Assembly (NCBI GenBank): GCA_001873295.1
Contig: MNYW01000083.1
Location: 299 to 47,039, forward strand
Length of the DNA stretch: 46,741 bases
Source of the DNA: Nitrospirae bacterium CG2_30_70_394
GTDB taxonomy: Bacteria; CG2-30-53-67; CG2-30-70-394
Reading direction: 5' to 3'
A model generated the notes under the pieces. That model was not told the origin of the DNA and did not search any database. It saw only the letters and a list, made by a program, of their open reading frames with translations. Shown here piece after piece: positions 30,518 through 43,622 of this stretch (positions are counted from its first letter, which is position 1; every line of letters begins with the position of its first letter). The position numbers were made by a program, and so were the translations under genes.

Positions 30518-33500
30518 TTAGGCGCTCACCGGCCCCTCTTCGGGCGGGGTCTCGGGCGGCGGTGCGGCGGCCTGCTGTTCGCGTCGCAGCCGCGCCTTCT
30601 GCTTCGCCTCCTTGAAGGTCCGCTTCTTCTCCCGTACCTCCTGGTGCTGGAGGTGGTTGAAGAGGTAGATCGGGACCATCACCAGGGAGAGCAAAGTGGA
30701 GGCGCCGGTCCCCCAGATCAGGGAGGTGGCGAGGCCGTTGAAGATCGGGTCGAGGAGGATGACGAAGGCGCCGACGAAGACCGCCGCGGCGGTGAGGAAG
30801 ATCGGCATGGTCCGCAGGGCGCCGGCCTCGATGCAGGCGTCGCGCATCGACATCCCCTCCTCACGGCGCTCCATGGCGAACTGCACCACCAAAATCGAGT
30901 TGCGGACGATGATCCCGGCCAGGGCGATCATCCCCATCATCGAGGTGGCGGTGAACCAGGTTCCGGTGAGCCAGTGGCCGGGCATGATCCCCACCAGGGT
31001 GAAGGCGATCGGCGACATGATGACGCCGGGCACGGAGAAGGAGCGGAACCAGCCCACCAGCAGGACCCACATGACGAGTAGGGCAATGCCGAAGGCGCCA
31101 CCCATGTCGCGGAAGGTCTCGACGGTGGTGTGCCACTCGCCGTCCCACTTCACCACCACATCCTTCTCCGTCTTCGGCTGGAGGAAGAGGTGCTGCTTGA
31201 TCGGCCGCCCCGCTGGGGTGGTGATCTCCTGAATCGGACCCCACATGTTGATGAGGGCGTAGACCGGCGAGGCGTTGCGGCCGGCGACGTCGCCGGTGAC
31301 GTAGATCACCCGTTGGAGGTTCTCGTGGTAGATCGACTTCTCCTCCACGGAGCGCTCCACCTTGACCAGCTCGGCGAGGGAGATCACCCGACCCGACGGC
31401 GTCGGCAGGCGGATCTCCTTCAGGGCCTCCACGGAGTTGCGCCGCGCCACCGGGAAGCGCAGGTGGATGGGGACCGGGGCGAGCTCGCCGCTGAGGCGCA
31501 GGTGGGAGATGTCCATCCCCGCCATCGCCATGCGCAGGGTCTTCACCACCATCTCTTTGGAGAGCCCCACCTGGTTCACCTTCTCGTCGTCAACGACGAG
31601 CGTGTCTTTTGCCTGGTCGTCCTCGTAGTACCAGTCCACGTCCACCACGTCCTGGGTGTGGTCGAAGACCTCGTGGACCTGCTTGGCCACCGCCACCTGG
31701 GACTCACGGTCGCCGCCGTAGATTTGGCAGACGAGGGTGGAGAGGTTGGGCGGGCCGGGGGGCGGCTCGAGCACCTTGATCCGCGCCCCATACTTGTCGG
31801 CGATCGCGTGCAGGGCTGGCCGGACACGGGTGGCGATGTCGTGGTTCTGCTCGGTGCGGAACCGCTTGTCGACGATGTTCACCTGGATTTCGGCGACGTT
31901 GGACCCCTCGCGCATGAAATAGTGGCGTACCAGGCCGTTGAAGTTGAAGGGCGAGGCGGTGCCGGCATAGATCTGGTAGTCGGAGACCTCGTTTACCGTG
32001 CGCAGGTAGTCGCCGAGCTCCATGGCGACCCGCGTGGTGTCTTCGAGGGTGGTCCCCTCGGGGGTGTCGATGACGACGCTGAACTCGCTCTTGTTGTCAT
32101 ACGGCAACAGCTTGACGAGCACCATCTTGGTCCCCACCAACCCCATTGCCGCCATCATCATCACCATCACCGTGAGATAGCAGATCCACTGTAAGCCGCG
32201 GTGGTCGAGGATCGCCCCCATGGTCCGCTGGTAGAAGTGGTAGTAGGCGGTCTGCTTGGCGTAGTCGGCGTGCGACTCCTCTACATCGGTGCGCCGCCGG
32301 GTGGTGATCGGTTCGGGCTCGTAGTGTTTGAGGAACTTGTTGGCGCACCACGGCGTCACCATCAGGGCAACTGCCAGGGACATGAGCATGGCGGCGGAGG
32401 CGTTCACCGGCATGGGGCGCATGTAGGGCCCCATGAGGCCGCCCACCACCGCCATCGGCATGAGGGTGACGATGACCGTGAAGGTGGCAAGGATCACCGG
32501 CGGCCGCACCTCGTTCACCGCGTAGATGATCGCCTGGATCGGCGGCAGCCTGCGCATAGAGAAGTGGCGGTGGATGTTCTCCACGTCGACGATCGGGTCA
32601 TCTACCAAGATGCCGATCGACATGATCAGGGCGAACAGGGTCACCCGGTTCAGGGTGTAGCCGATGGACCAGCTCCAGAAGAGGGTGATCGACAGCACCA
32701 CCGGCACTGCGATGAGCACCACCAGCGCGTCGCGCCAGCTCAGAAAGACGCCCACCAGGAGGATGACCGAGACGGTGGCGATCCCGAGGTGGAAGAGGAG
32801 CTCATCCGCCTTGTGGCCAGCGGTGAAGCCGTAGTTTCGGGTGAAGGTGTAGTGGACGTCCTCGGGGATGAGCTGGGAGCGGATCTGTGCCAGCTTCTGC
32901 TCCACCGCCGCGGCGGCGTTCACCGAATTCGTCCCCTTCTTCTTGGCGACCGTGATCGTCACCCCGGGGATGGTGTGGCCGTGTGCATCCGCGGGCCATT
33001 CGATCGTCTTGCCCAGGGCCTCTTCCTCGGCCTGGTATTGGGGACCGACGCCGAACAGGACGTAGTTGTCGACCTCCCCTGGACCGTCCTCAATCTCGGC
33101 CACGTCGCGCAGATAGACCGGCCTGCCCTGGAAGGTCCCCACCACCAGGTTGCCCACCTCGCGGGCGTTCTGCAGGAAGGTACCCGCGTCCACCAGCAAC
33201 TCCTGGTCGTTCACCTGGAACTTGCCCGCCGGCATCGACCAGTTCGCCGCCTGAACCACCTGCGCGATCTGCGGCGGCGAGGTCATGTGGGCCGCCATCT
33301 TCTGGGAATCGAGGATGACGCGGAGGGTGCGCGGCCGGCCGCCGATGATGTCGACCTCCGCGGCGTCGGGGATCTGGGCGAGCTGGTCGGCGATCGGCTG
33401 GGCCATGCGCCGCAGGTCGTAGTCGCCGTAGTTTTCGCTGTACAGGGTGACCGCGACCTGTGGGACGTCGTTGATGTCCCGCAGCTTGATCATCACCTGC

Positions 33501-33934
33501 ACCATCGGGCTGCCCGGGGCGAAGCTGACTCCGCCGCCCGGCGCCTTGTCGATGTTGTTGAAGATCTTGTCGTAGAGCTGAACGAGGGAGCGCTGCTGGT
33601 CGGAGTTGACGTAGAAGCGCGCGGTAACCACACCATAGTTGGCGTGGCTCATGGAATAGACGTACTCCACCGGGAAGTCGTCGATTCCCCAAATCAGCCG
33701 TTCGAGCGGCTTGACGACCTGGGACTCCACCTCCTCGGCGGAGGCACCTGGTACCGCGACGATGATGTCCACCATCGGCACCACAATCTGCGGATCCTCC
33801 TCGCTCGGGGTCACGAGGACCGCGAAGAGGCCGAGGATCAGGGCGGTGCCGATGAATAGCGGCGTCAGCTTGCTGGTCGTGAAATAGCCGACCAGCTTGC
33901 CGAGGAAGGTCTCGTCGGTCGTGTAGTGGGCCAT
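30518..33934 (-). CDS. RND efflux transporter permease subunit (AcrB/CusA superfamily)
   Basis: 1138 aa; GILVDDPIVDVENI, GIIVRNSILVV and GALRTMPIFLT; two large periplasmic loops. Confidence 0.93.
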   Translation of the reverse strand: MAHYTTDETFLGKLVGYFTTSKLTPLFIGTALILGLFAVLVTPSEEDPQIVVPMVDIIVAVPGASAEEVESQVVKPLERLIWGIDDFPVEYVYSMSHANYGVVTARFYVNSDQQRSLVQLYDKIFNNIDKAPGGGVSFAPGSPMVQVMIKLRDINDVPQVAVTLYSENYGDYDLRRMAQPIADQLAQIPDAAEVDIIGGRPRTLRVILDSQKMAAHMTSPPQIAQVVQAANWSMPAGKFQVNDQELLVDAGTFLQNAREVGNLVVGTFQGRPVYLRDVAEIEDGPGEVDNYVLFGVGPQYQAEEEALGKTIEWPADAHGHTIPGVTITVAKKKGTNSVNAAAAVEQKLAQIRSQLIPEDVHYTFTRNYGFTAGHKADELLFHLGIATVSVILLVGVFLSWRDALVVLIAVPVVLSITLFWSWSIGYTLNRVTLFALIMSIGILVDDPIVDVENIHRHFSMRRLPPIQAIIYAVNEVRPPVILATFTVIVTLMPMAVVGGLMGPYMRPMPVNASAAMLMSLAVALMVTPWCANKFLKHYEPEPITTRRRTDVEESHADYAKQTAYYHFYQRTMGAILDHRGLQWICYLTVMVMMMAAMGLVGTKMVLVKLLPYDNKSEFSVVIDTPEGTTLEDTTRVAMELGDYLRTVNEVSDYQIYAGTASPFNFNGLVRHYFMREGSNVAEIQVNIVDKRFRTEQNHDIATRVRPALHAIADKYGARIKVLEPPPGPPNLSTLVCQIYGGDRESQVAVAKQVHEVFDHTQDVVDVDWYYEDDQAKDTLVVDDEKVNQVGLSKEMVVKTLRMAMAGMDISHLRLSGELAPVPIHLRFPVARRNSVEALKEIRLPTPSGRVISLAELVKVERSVEEKSIYHENLQRVIYVTGDVAGRNASPVYALINMWGPIQEITTPAGRPIKQHLFLQPKTEKDVVVKWDGEWHTTVETFRDMGGAFGIALLVMWVLLVGWFRSFSVPGVIMSPIAFTLVGIMPGHWLTGTWFTATSMMGMIALAGIIVRNSILVVQFAMERREEGMSMRDACIEAGALRTMPIFLTAAAVFVGAFVILLDPIFNGLATSLIWGTGASTLLSLVMVPIYLFNHLQHQEVREKKRTFKEAKQKARLRREQQAAAPPPETPPEEGPVSA

Positions 33935-33937
33935 GAC

Positions 33938-35122
33938 CTACATCGCCTCCATGATCGGGCTGCCGTCTTCCACCTCGTTCAGCTTGTTGAGGACGATGCG
34001 TTCCCCTGCCTTGAGGCCGGCGATGATCTCGACCTGCGAGTCGCTACTGCGGCCGAGGCGGACGAAGCGGAGGTGCGCCTTGTTGTCAGCCCCCACCACG
34101 AAGACGCTGGTGAACTGGTACCACCGCTTCACCGCGTCGCTTGGGATGTAGATCGACTCCGCCCCTTGGCCCACCGCGAAGGTGGCGCGACCAAACATGC
34201 CCGCCTTCACCACCGTGGTCTCGGGGAGGTTGACCCGCACCATGTAGGTGCGGCTCATGGGATCCACCGACGGGATAACCTCGCTCACCGCCAGTTGGCT
34301 TGCCAGGCCGGCAGACTCGATCTCGACGTTCACCGCCTGTCCCTGGACCACCTGCGCCCCCTCGTCCACCGGCACCGTCAGGCGATAGGTGCGCGCCTCA
34401 ATGGTGAACAGCGGGTGGCCGGGGGCGGCGAGGTCACCCACGTCCGCCATCTTCTGGGTGACCCGGCCGTCGAAGGGGGCCTTGACCACCGTGTAGTCCT
34501 GGTAGATCTCAGCGGACTTGAGCCCCGCCTCCGCCTGGCTCTTCTGCGCTTCGAGGGCCGCGATCTGCGCCTCCGCCTGGGCAACCATCGCCTGGGCGCC
34601 GGCATAGGCAGCGTTCACATCGTCGAGCTCCTTCTTCGCAAAGGAACCCTCGCCGTAGAGCTGGTTGAACCGCTCGTGGTGGGCGGTAGCCGCGATGAGC
34701 TGCGCCTCGGCCGCCCGCTTCGCCGCCCGGGCCACCTCGATTCCCTTGGAGGCCGCGTGTACCCCGGCGTTGGCCTGGGCAACCTTGGCGCTCACCTCGC
34801 CATCGTCGAGGACGCACAAGACCTGGTGGTGGCTCACGTCGTCGCCCTCCCGGACCTTGATCTCCTTGATCTTGGCCATGATCTGCGGCGCTACCTGCGC
34901 CACCTCGTGCGACTCGACGGTACCCATCACGGTCACCGTGCGTGAGGGCGCGGACTGCTGCACCGTGCCCACCTTCACGTCGGTCACCGTCATGGCGGCG
35001 TCGGGCGTCTCTCCCGCCTCGACCTTGTCAGGACCAATGATCGGTAGGTTGCCCTGATCCCACCCGATCATCAGGTAGCAGGGGAAAACGAGGAGAAGGA
35101 AAAACTTGAGCCAGAAGCGCAT
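33938..35122 (-). CDS. RND periplasmic adaptor (membrane fusion protein)
   Basis: Lipoyl halves VREGDDV and KAPFDG.V, helical hairpin, VDPMSRT and AGMFG. Start at ATG 35122. Confidence 0.92.
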   Translation of the reverse strand: MRFWLKFFLLLVFPCYLMIGWDQGNLPIIGPDKVEAGETPDAAMTVTDVKVGTVQQSAPSRTVTVMGTVESHEVAQVAPQIMAKIKEIKVREGDDVSHHQVLCVLDDGEVSAKVAQANAGVHAASKGIEVARAAKRAAEAQLIAATAHHERFNQLYGEGSFAKKELDDVNAAYAGAQAMVAQAEAQIAALEAQKSQAEAGLKSAEIYQDYTVVKAPFDGRVTQKMADVGDLAAPGHPLFTIEARTYRLTVPVDEGAQVVQGQAVNVEIESAGLASQLAVSEVIPSVDPMSRTYMVRVNLPETTVVKAGMFGRATFAVGQGAESIYIPSDAVKRWYQFTSVFVVGADNKAHLRFVRLGRSSDSQVEIIAGLKAGERIVLNKLNEVEDGSPIMEAM

Positions 35123-35393
35123 GGGCCCCTCCCGGAGCTGGGCGGCGTGTCCAGGGAACACGCCGCGGGATACTGGTGACCGCGAAAATTATGAGATGAC
35201 GGTTAGGCGGCGAGGAATGGATCGAGTCTGACAATGCACTCTACCGAGATCAAGATGGGAGATCTTCCCCCCGGGCGACTGCGCAACCCGAAGTCTGCCT
35301 CGCAATAGGCATACGAGAGCCCCCTGCTTAAGAATGGTTGCGAACTTTTTTTCCGCCCCCGCCCCAATCGCTACAGGGGCCGGGCTCGGGCGG

Positions 35394-37630
<2,237 letters not shown>

Positions 37631-37631
<1 letters not shown>

Positions 37632-37948
37632 CAGGCGGGCTCCATGGTGCACTTCAACGGGTGTTCCTGGCGGCGGGCATAGGCGGTCACCTGCGCCACC
37701 TTGGTTTCCGCCACCTCGCGGGTGAAGACGCCGGCAACCCCGACCCCGTTGCGGTGGACGTTCATCATGATTTCGTAGGCGCTCGCCTCGTCGAGGTGAA
37801 AAAAACGGGTGAGGAGCTCCACCACGAACTCCATGGTGGTGTAGTCGTCATTGTGCAGCAGCACCTTGTACATGGGCGGCCGCACCACCTGCGACCGCTC
37901 GCGAGTCCGTGTCTCGCCCTGCCCGCCGGGCCGCTCGTTGCCTGCCAT
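37631..37948 (-). CDS. clpS: Clp protease adaptor ClpS
   Basis: [31 protein letters not shown] and HPLKC. Confidence 0.96.
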
Positions 37949-38111
37949 GGCGCCAGTCTACCCGTGGAGCCCACCACACGGCAGCACCACACGGCAGCAG
38001 GTAAAGTAGCTTGGGGTCAGGTCTTTACTTTATACCCCTGGTCCAACACCGGACTCTGATGCGCCACGTCACCCCAATCCGCTGACCCCTGCGAAGGGGC
38101 GCGAAGGGGGA

Positions 38112-38224
38112 GGGGGCAGACGCAGTAAAAGGTAGGAAGTAGGAGGGGGAAGGAGGGAGGCGAGGGGGGGCGCGGGCGAACGGCCGGGCATGGGTTGTCG
38201 CCGGGAAGGCAGTCTCGCGCACAG
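38112..38224 (+). repeat. Dispersed modular intergenic repeat, partial copy
   Basis: Shares GGGGGCAGACG, the GTAGGAAGTAG arm and GGAAGGC..GTCTCGCGCACAGA with the 30.2-30.4 kb copy. Confidence 0.6.
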
Positions 38225-38422
38225 AGACGGAGACGCGCGCGGAGGGGGTGGCGCCGGCGGTGAAGCAACCGGAGAACGGTGCGCGCCGGCGCGAAGGGGC
38301 GCCGCGGGTCGGGGACTTTTCGAGTGCGAGCGTGGGTTGCCAGCGCCGTGGCGGGCGCGGCCGTGCCCAGTGGGGTGGGGTTTGCCACGGTGGGGCTACC
38401 ACGGCGCCGGCGCGGAGCAGCG

Positions 38423-40453
38423 ATGGTCCCCCCCTTCACCAACGACCTGATCCACGAGACCAGCCCATATCTCTTGCAGCACGCCCACCAACCGGTGGCG
38501 TGGCGGCCGTGGGGGGAGGCGGCGTTGGCGGCGGCGCTCCAGCTCGATCGGCCGATCCTGCTATCCATCGGCTACGCCGCTTGCCACTGGTGCCACGTGA
38601 TGGCCCACGAGTCGTTCGCGGACGCGGAGACCGCCCGCTTCATGAACGACCACTTCATCTGCATCAAGGTCGATCGCGAGGAGCGGCCCGACCTCGACCA
38701 GCTCTACCAGACCGCGTTGCAGCTCCTCACCGGGCGCGCCGGTGGCTGGCCCCTGACCCTCTTCCTCACCCCCGCTGGCGCGCCGTTTTTCGGCGGCACC
38801 TATTTTCCGCCCGCCGACCGCCATGGCCTCCCCGCCTTCCGCCGGGTCCTCGCCGGGGTGGCGCGCCACTACCGGGAGCAGCGGGGAGAGGCGGCGGCGG
38901 ACGGCGGCCGGGTGGTGGCGGCGCTGGCGGAGATGGAGGCGGCGAGCCCGCCCGGGAGAGTCGGCGCGCCCCTCGTGGCCGGCGCGGTGGAGGAGATCGC
39001 CGCCCAGGTCGACCCGGTCCACGGCGGCGTCGGCGGCGCCCCCAAGTTTCCCCAGACCGCCTGCCTCACCCTGCTGTTGCGCGCCGGCGGCCGGGCGCGC
39101 GCGCTGGCGCTGCTCACCCTCGACGCGATGGCCGCGGGCGGCATCTACGACCACGTGGGTGGTGGCTTCGCCCGCTACTCGACCGACGAGCTGTGGCTCG
39201 TCCCGCACTTCGAGAAGATGCTCTACGACAACGGCCTACTCGCCGCCCTCTACCTGGAGGCGTACCAGGTGACCGGCAAGCGCGCCTACGCGCGGGTGGT
39301 GGAGGAGACCCTCCGCTATCTCCAGCGCAACCTCTACCGCGACGGCGGCGGCTTCTACGCCAGCCAGGACGCGGACAGCGAGGGGGTGGAGGGGCGGTAC
39401 TACGTCTGGAGCCGCGCTCAGATCGACGCCCTTCTCGGCAGTGAAGCCGAGCTGTTTTGCCGCGCCTACGGGGTGAGCCAGGCGGGCAACTGGGAGGGGC
39501 AGAACATCCTCCATTTGGCCCGTTCGACCGCCGCGCTGGCGGCGGAGACGGGGGTAGCGCCTCCAGCATTGGACGAGCTTTTGGCCCGCGGCCGCGCGCG
39601 CTGCCTCGCCGCCCGCGAACAGCGCCCTGCCCCGTCCACCGACACCAAGGTGATCATGAGTTGGAACGGCATGGCGATCTCCGCCTGCGCCCGCGCCGCC
39701 CTCTGCCTCGATCTCGACTGGGCACTGGCGATGGCCACCGCGAGCGCCGACTTCCTGTGGGAGGCGAGTTGGCGCGCCGGCCGCCTCCACCGCACCTGGA
39801 CCGACGGCGCGGCGCGCCACGATGGCGTCCTCGACGACTACGCCTACCTTGGCGCCGCCCTCCTCGACCTCTACGAGGCGACCGGTGAGGGGCGCTTCCT
39901 GGCGCGCGGGGCCACCCTCGGCGAGGCGATCGTCGACCGCTTCTTCGCCGGCGACGGAAGCGGCTTCTACCTCACCGCCGAGGATGACGACCGCCTCATC
40001 CACCGGCCGCGCGCGCGCCATGACCAGTCGATCCCGTCAGGGGCGGCGGCGGCGTGCGCCCTGCTCCTGCGCCTGGCGGTGTTCACCGACAACGCGCGGC
40101 TGCAAGAGGCGGCAGAGCAGACCCTCGCGCACCACGCCGGCGCCATGGCCGCCCAGCCGGTCGCCTACGCCGGTCTGTTGGCGTGCGTCGAACCCGTCCT
40201 CGATCCGCCCGTGGAGATCACCCTGGTGGGCGACCCAAGCGCGCGCCGCGCCTGGGTCCGCCGCCTTGCCCAGCTCCACCTCCCGCACCGTGGGGTCTGC
40301 CACCTGCCGTGCGACCCGCCGGTGGCCGGCGCCATCGCCGCCGGCAAAGAGGCCCAGGGCGGCGGGGTCACTTGCTACCTGTGTCGCCACACTACCTGCA
40401 CCCCGCCGATGCGCCGCTGGGAGGAGCTGGAGCGGGCGCTGGCGGGTGGCTGA
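38423..40453 (+). CDS. Thioredoxin-domain protein (DUF255/YyaL/SPATA20 family)
   Basis: [51 protein letters not shown] and DADSEG. Confidence 0.93.
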   Translation: MVPPFTNDLIHETSPYLLQHAHQPVAWRPWGEAALAAALQLDRPILLSIGYAACHWCHVMAHESFADAETARFMNDHFICIKVDREERPDLDQLYQTALQLLTGRAGGWPLTLFLTPAGAPFFGGTYFPPADRHGLPAFRRVLAGVARHYREQRGEAAADGGRVVAALAEMEAASPPGRVGAPLVAGAVEEIAAQVDPVHGGVGGAPKFPQTACLTLLLRAGGRARALALLTLDAMAAGGIYDHVGGGFARYSTDELWLVPHFEKMLYDNGLLAALYLEAYQVTGKRAYARVVEETLRYLQRNLYRDGGGFYASQDADSEGVEGRYYVWSRAQIDALLGSEAELFCRAYGVSQAGNWEGQNILHLARSTAALAAETGVAPPALDELLARGRARCLAAREQRPAPSTDTKVIMSWNGMAISACARAALCLDLDWALAMATASADFLWEASWRAGRLHRTWTDGAARHDGVLDDYAYLGAALLDLYEATGEGRFLARGATLGEAIVDRFFAGDGSGFYLTAEDDDRLIHRPRARHDQSIPSGAAAACALLLRLAVFTDNARLQEAAEQTLAHHAGAMAAQPVAYAGLLACVEPVLDPPVEITLVGDPSARRAWVRRLAQLHLPHRGVCHLPCDPPVAGAIAAGKEAQGGGVTCYLCRHTTCTPPMRRWEELERALAGG

Positions 40454-40611
40454 CACCGGTGGCGGGATTGGGGACAATGGCGGTTTGCGGGCGCGGCGAC
40501 CGGCCGCGACCGCGTTGGGTTCACCGCCGGGCCGTTGGGCGAGCGCCAGCCCACCGGGCTGGCCGGCGCCCGGGGGTTGGCGGGCAGATAGGTAGAAGAG
40601 AGCGAGAAACC

Positions 40612-42060
40612 ATGAGCCCTGAGACCGCCGCGATCCCCGCCATCCATTTCGGCACCGACGGCTGGCGGGCGCCGCTCGGCTGCGGCCCCACCTTCCTGCA
40701 GGTCGGCAGGATCGCCGCGGCGGTGGCCGACTGGCTCGCCGAGGAGGGGTGGCACGGCCGGCCGGTGGCGATCGGCTACGACACCCGCCTGCTGGCTTCG
40801 GTGCTGGCGGAGGAGGCGGCGCGGGTCCTGGCTGGCCGCGGCGTTGCGGTGCGCCTCGCCAAGACCTTCATCCCGACTCCGTGTCTCTCCTACATGGTCA
40901 CCGCCGAGACCTGCGCCGCGGGGCTGATGATCACCGCCAGCCACAACGCACCGAACTACATCGGGGTGAAGGTGAAGGCGTCCCACGGCGGCTCCATCGA
41001 CGACGCTGCCGCGGCCAGGATCGCGGCGCGGGCCAGCACGCTGGTTGGGGCCGACCTGCCGCCGCTCACCACCACCTTCGACGGCCTCAAGCGGGCGAAG
41101 CAGATTTCCGTGGTGGATGAGCGGCGCGCCTACCTCGCCCACATGCTCCGTTGCCTCGGCCCGGTGCCCGAGCGACGGTGCAGCTTCTCCCTGCTCGCCA
41201 GCTCCATGCGCGGCGCCACCCAAGGGCTCTTGCCCCAGGCATTCGCCGACCGGGGGTTGAACATCAGCGAGATCGAGAACGAGCGCGACGTCACCTTCGG
41301 CGGCCGCAAGCCGGAGCCGGTGGCGGCCAACCTCGCGTTGGAGCGCAAGCTGCGCATCCTCTGGGATCGCGACGTGGTCTTCGTCACCGACGGCGACGGC
41401 GACCGCCTGGCGTTGATCGACGAGCGCGACCGGGTGCTCACCGCCCACGACCTCTTCCTCATCCTCCTTCGCCACCTGGTGGAGGTGCGCGGGCAGCGCG
41501 GCGCGGTGCTGCACGCGGTCAACCTGTCGCGCGCCATCCCGGCGATGGCGCGCCACTACGGCCTTCCCGAGCGGCGCGTCCCGGTGGGGTTCAAACACGT
41601 GGCCGCGGCGATGGTCAGCGGCGACGTTCTCATCGGCGGCGAGGAGGCGGGGGGGATCGGCATCCAGGGCTATCTCAAGGAGCGCGACGCGATCTACCTA
41701 GCGCTGTTGGTGGCGGAGGCGATGTGGGAGCGGCGCCAGCTCCTCGGCCGGATGGTGGATGAGTTGCGCGCGGAGTTTGGGGTTGGCCCGTACGAGCGGC
41801 GTGACCTCACCCTGACCGCAAGCGAGCGGGCGCGGGCGAACGAGCGGCTCGCCGGCGAGGTCCCGGCGACCTTGGGCGGCCGTGCGGTGGTCGAGGTCGA
41901 TCGGATCGACGGCCTGCGCCTCACCCTCGACGACACCACCTGGCTCCTCGCCCGCCCGTCCGGCACCGAGCCTTTGGTGCGCCTCTACGCGGAGGCCGCC
42001 CCCGGCGGCGACCCCGCGCGCTGGCTCGACGCCGCGCAGGCGTGGCTCATCGCGCCGTAG
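40612..42060 (+). CDS. Phosphoglucomutase/phosphomannomutase family protein
   Basis: FGTDGWR, TASHN, DGDGDR, VGFK, GEEAGG and RPSGTEP. Confidence 0.92.
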   Translation: MSPETAAIPAIHFGTDGWRAPLGCGPTFLQVGRIAAAVADWLAEEGWHGRPVAIGYDTRLLASVLAEEAARVLAGRGVAVRLAKTFIPTPCLSYMVTAETCAAGLMITASHNAPNYIGVKVKASHGGSIDDAAAARIAARASTLVGADLPPLTTTFDGLKRAKQISVVDERRAYLAHMLRCLGPVPERRCSFSLLASSMRGATQGLLPQAFADRGLNISEIENERDVTFGGRKPEPVAANLALERKLRILWDRDVVFVTDGDGDRLALIDERDRVLTAHDLFLILLRHLVEVRGQRGAVLHAVNLSRAIPAMARHYGLPERRVPVGFKHVAAAMVSGDVLIGGEEAGGIGIQGYLKERDAIYLALLVAEAMWERRQLLGRMVDELRAEFGVGPYERRDLTLTASERARANERLAGEVPATLGGRAVVEVDRIDGLRLTLDDTTWLLARPSGTEPLVRLYAEAAPGGDPARWLDAAQAWLIAP

Positions 42061-42075
42061 GGGCGGGGCCGGGGT

Positions 42076-42346
42076 GGAGGTAGAAAGGGGGAGGGCAGAG
42101 GTGAGGGGGGGCGCGGACGCCGCGATCGGGAGGCGCGGGAAAGGGAAGATGGCTTGTAGAGCGGGCCCCGAACCACTGCGAATGGGCGCGAATCGGGGAG
42201 GGAAGGAGGCGAGGAACGCGCGGGAGGAGGTAGATAGAAAGAGGTGGGTGTCGCAAGCGAAGCAATCGGGCGAGGTGCGGGCCGGGAAGGTGCGCTCGCG
42301 CGGCGCCACCGCACCGGGGGGTGAAGCGCCGCCCCTTCCTACCTCC
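42076..42346 (+). repeat. Dispersed modular repeat, copy 2, bounded by 15-bp inverted repeats
   Basis: GGAGGTAGAAAGGGG (42076-42090) and CCCCTTCCTACCTCC (42332-42346), one mismatch. The interior is homologous to the 30.2-30.4 kb and 46.2 kb copies. Confidence 0.8.
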
Positions 42347-42576
42347 TACTACCTTCCTTTGCGTTGCGTTGTGTCCATCCCCCCTGGCTTCCGTCCTTCA
42401 CCCCCCCCTCCCCCCTGTTGGTTACCTTCCCCTCCGCGCCTCTGCGCCTCTGCGCGAGCCCGTCTTTCCAGGCCCCACGGTGGTTGGCGATGCGGCTGGC
42501 GACGCCGGCGCACGAATCGACGCTACACTGGCGAGCGGGCGGCGAGCGGAGAGGGCGCGGCTCGGGAGGAGAGGCG

Positions 42577-42918
42577 ATGGTGGAACGACCCGCAGGGGAG
42601 GTAGCGGCGGCTCAGGGCATCGCGGCGGTCCTCGCCGCGGAGCGCGACGCGCGGGACGCGGTGGCGGCGGCGCGCGTGGCGGCGGCGGAGATCGTCGCCG
42701 CGGGCCGGGCGCGGGCGCGCACAATCTTGGAGCGCGGCGAGCAGCGGCTCACCCGGGCGCGAGAGCGGGTCGAGGGGCGGGTCGCCGGGCGGATCGCCGC
42801 GTTGGAAGAGAAGGCGGAGCGCCTGCAAGGGCCGGTGGAGGTGGACGACGCCACCCTCCAGCGCCTGGCCGGTGCGGTGCAGCGGCTGGCGGCGGAGCTC
42901 ACCGGGGGGGAGGCGTGA
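42577..42918 (+). CDS. Putative V/A-type ATPase peripheral stalk subunit (G/H-like)
   Basis: Short Ala/Arg/Glu coiled coil (VLAAERDA..AEIVAAGRARA); first gene of a translationally coupled V-ATPase cluster. Confidence 0.6.
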   Translation: MVERPAGEVAAAQGIAAVLAAERDARDAVAAARVAAAEIVAAGRARARTILERGEQRLTRARERVEGRVAGRIAALEEKAERLQGPVEVDDATLQRLAGAVQRLAAELTGGEA

Positions 42919-43622
42919 GGGCCACCTTTGCCTACGCCCAGGCGCGGATCGGCGCGCGGCTGGCGCGCCACCCGGAGGCGGCGGTGTGGGGTCATCTCGC
43001 CACCGCCCGCACGGTGGCCGCCTACCTGACCGCGGCGCGCCGCTCACCGGTGGCGCCGTGGCTCGCCAGCCTCGCCTCCACCGCCACCGCCCATGAGATC
43101 GAACGCACCCTGCGCGCCGAGGTACGGCGGGCGGTGGCGGAGGTGGCGGGCTGGGTCACCCCGGCGTGGCGACCGGCGGTGGGATGGCTGCGCCACCTGA
43201 CGGTGGTGGAGCTGCTGGCGGGGGTGTGGAGCGGGGAGGCGGTGGCCTGGCTGGCGCCGGACCCCGCCCTCGCCGCCTATGGGGGCGGGGAGGGGGCCCT
43301 TGCTTCCCTCGGCCTGACCGAGGTGGCGGCGGCGGTGCGCGCGGGTACCTCGCCGCTCGCCGCCTGGCTCGACGGCTGGCAGAGGCGGTGGCCCGACGCC
43401 TCCCCAGCGCCGCTGGCCGATCGGTTACGCCGCCTGGGTTCGCCCTCTCTGGGGGCGGGCGACGCGGCACAGGGGGTGCGCCGGGCGCTCCTCCACCTGA
43501 TCCACCGCCAGGCGGCGGAGCCGGTCGTCCCCCTTGCCTACCTCACCCTGGTGGTCCTCGACCTCGCGACCCTGCGCGGCGAGCTGGTGGCGCGCGCCTG
43601 CTTCGAGGGGGGCGAGGGGTGA
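42915..43622 (+). CDS. Putative divergent V/A-type ATPase subunit C-like protein
   Basis: GTGA coupling at both ends; FAYAQARIGAR start and LAYL..LRGELV end; position before subunit I. Confidence 0.55.
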   Translation: MRATFAYAQARIGARLARHPEAAVWGHLATARTVAAYLTAARRSPVAPWLASLASTATAHEIERTLRAEVRRAVAEVAGWVTPAWRPAVGWLRHLTVVELLAGVWSGEAVAWLAPDPALAAYGGGEGALASLGLTEVAAAVRAGTSPLAAWLDGWQRRWPDASPAPLADRLRRLGSPSLGAGDAAQGVRRALLHLIHRQAAEPVVPLAYLTLVVLDLATLRGELVARACFEGGEG

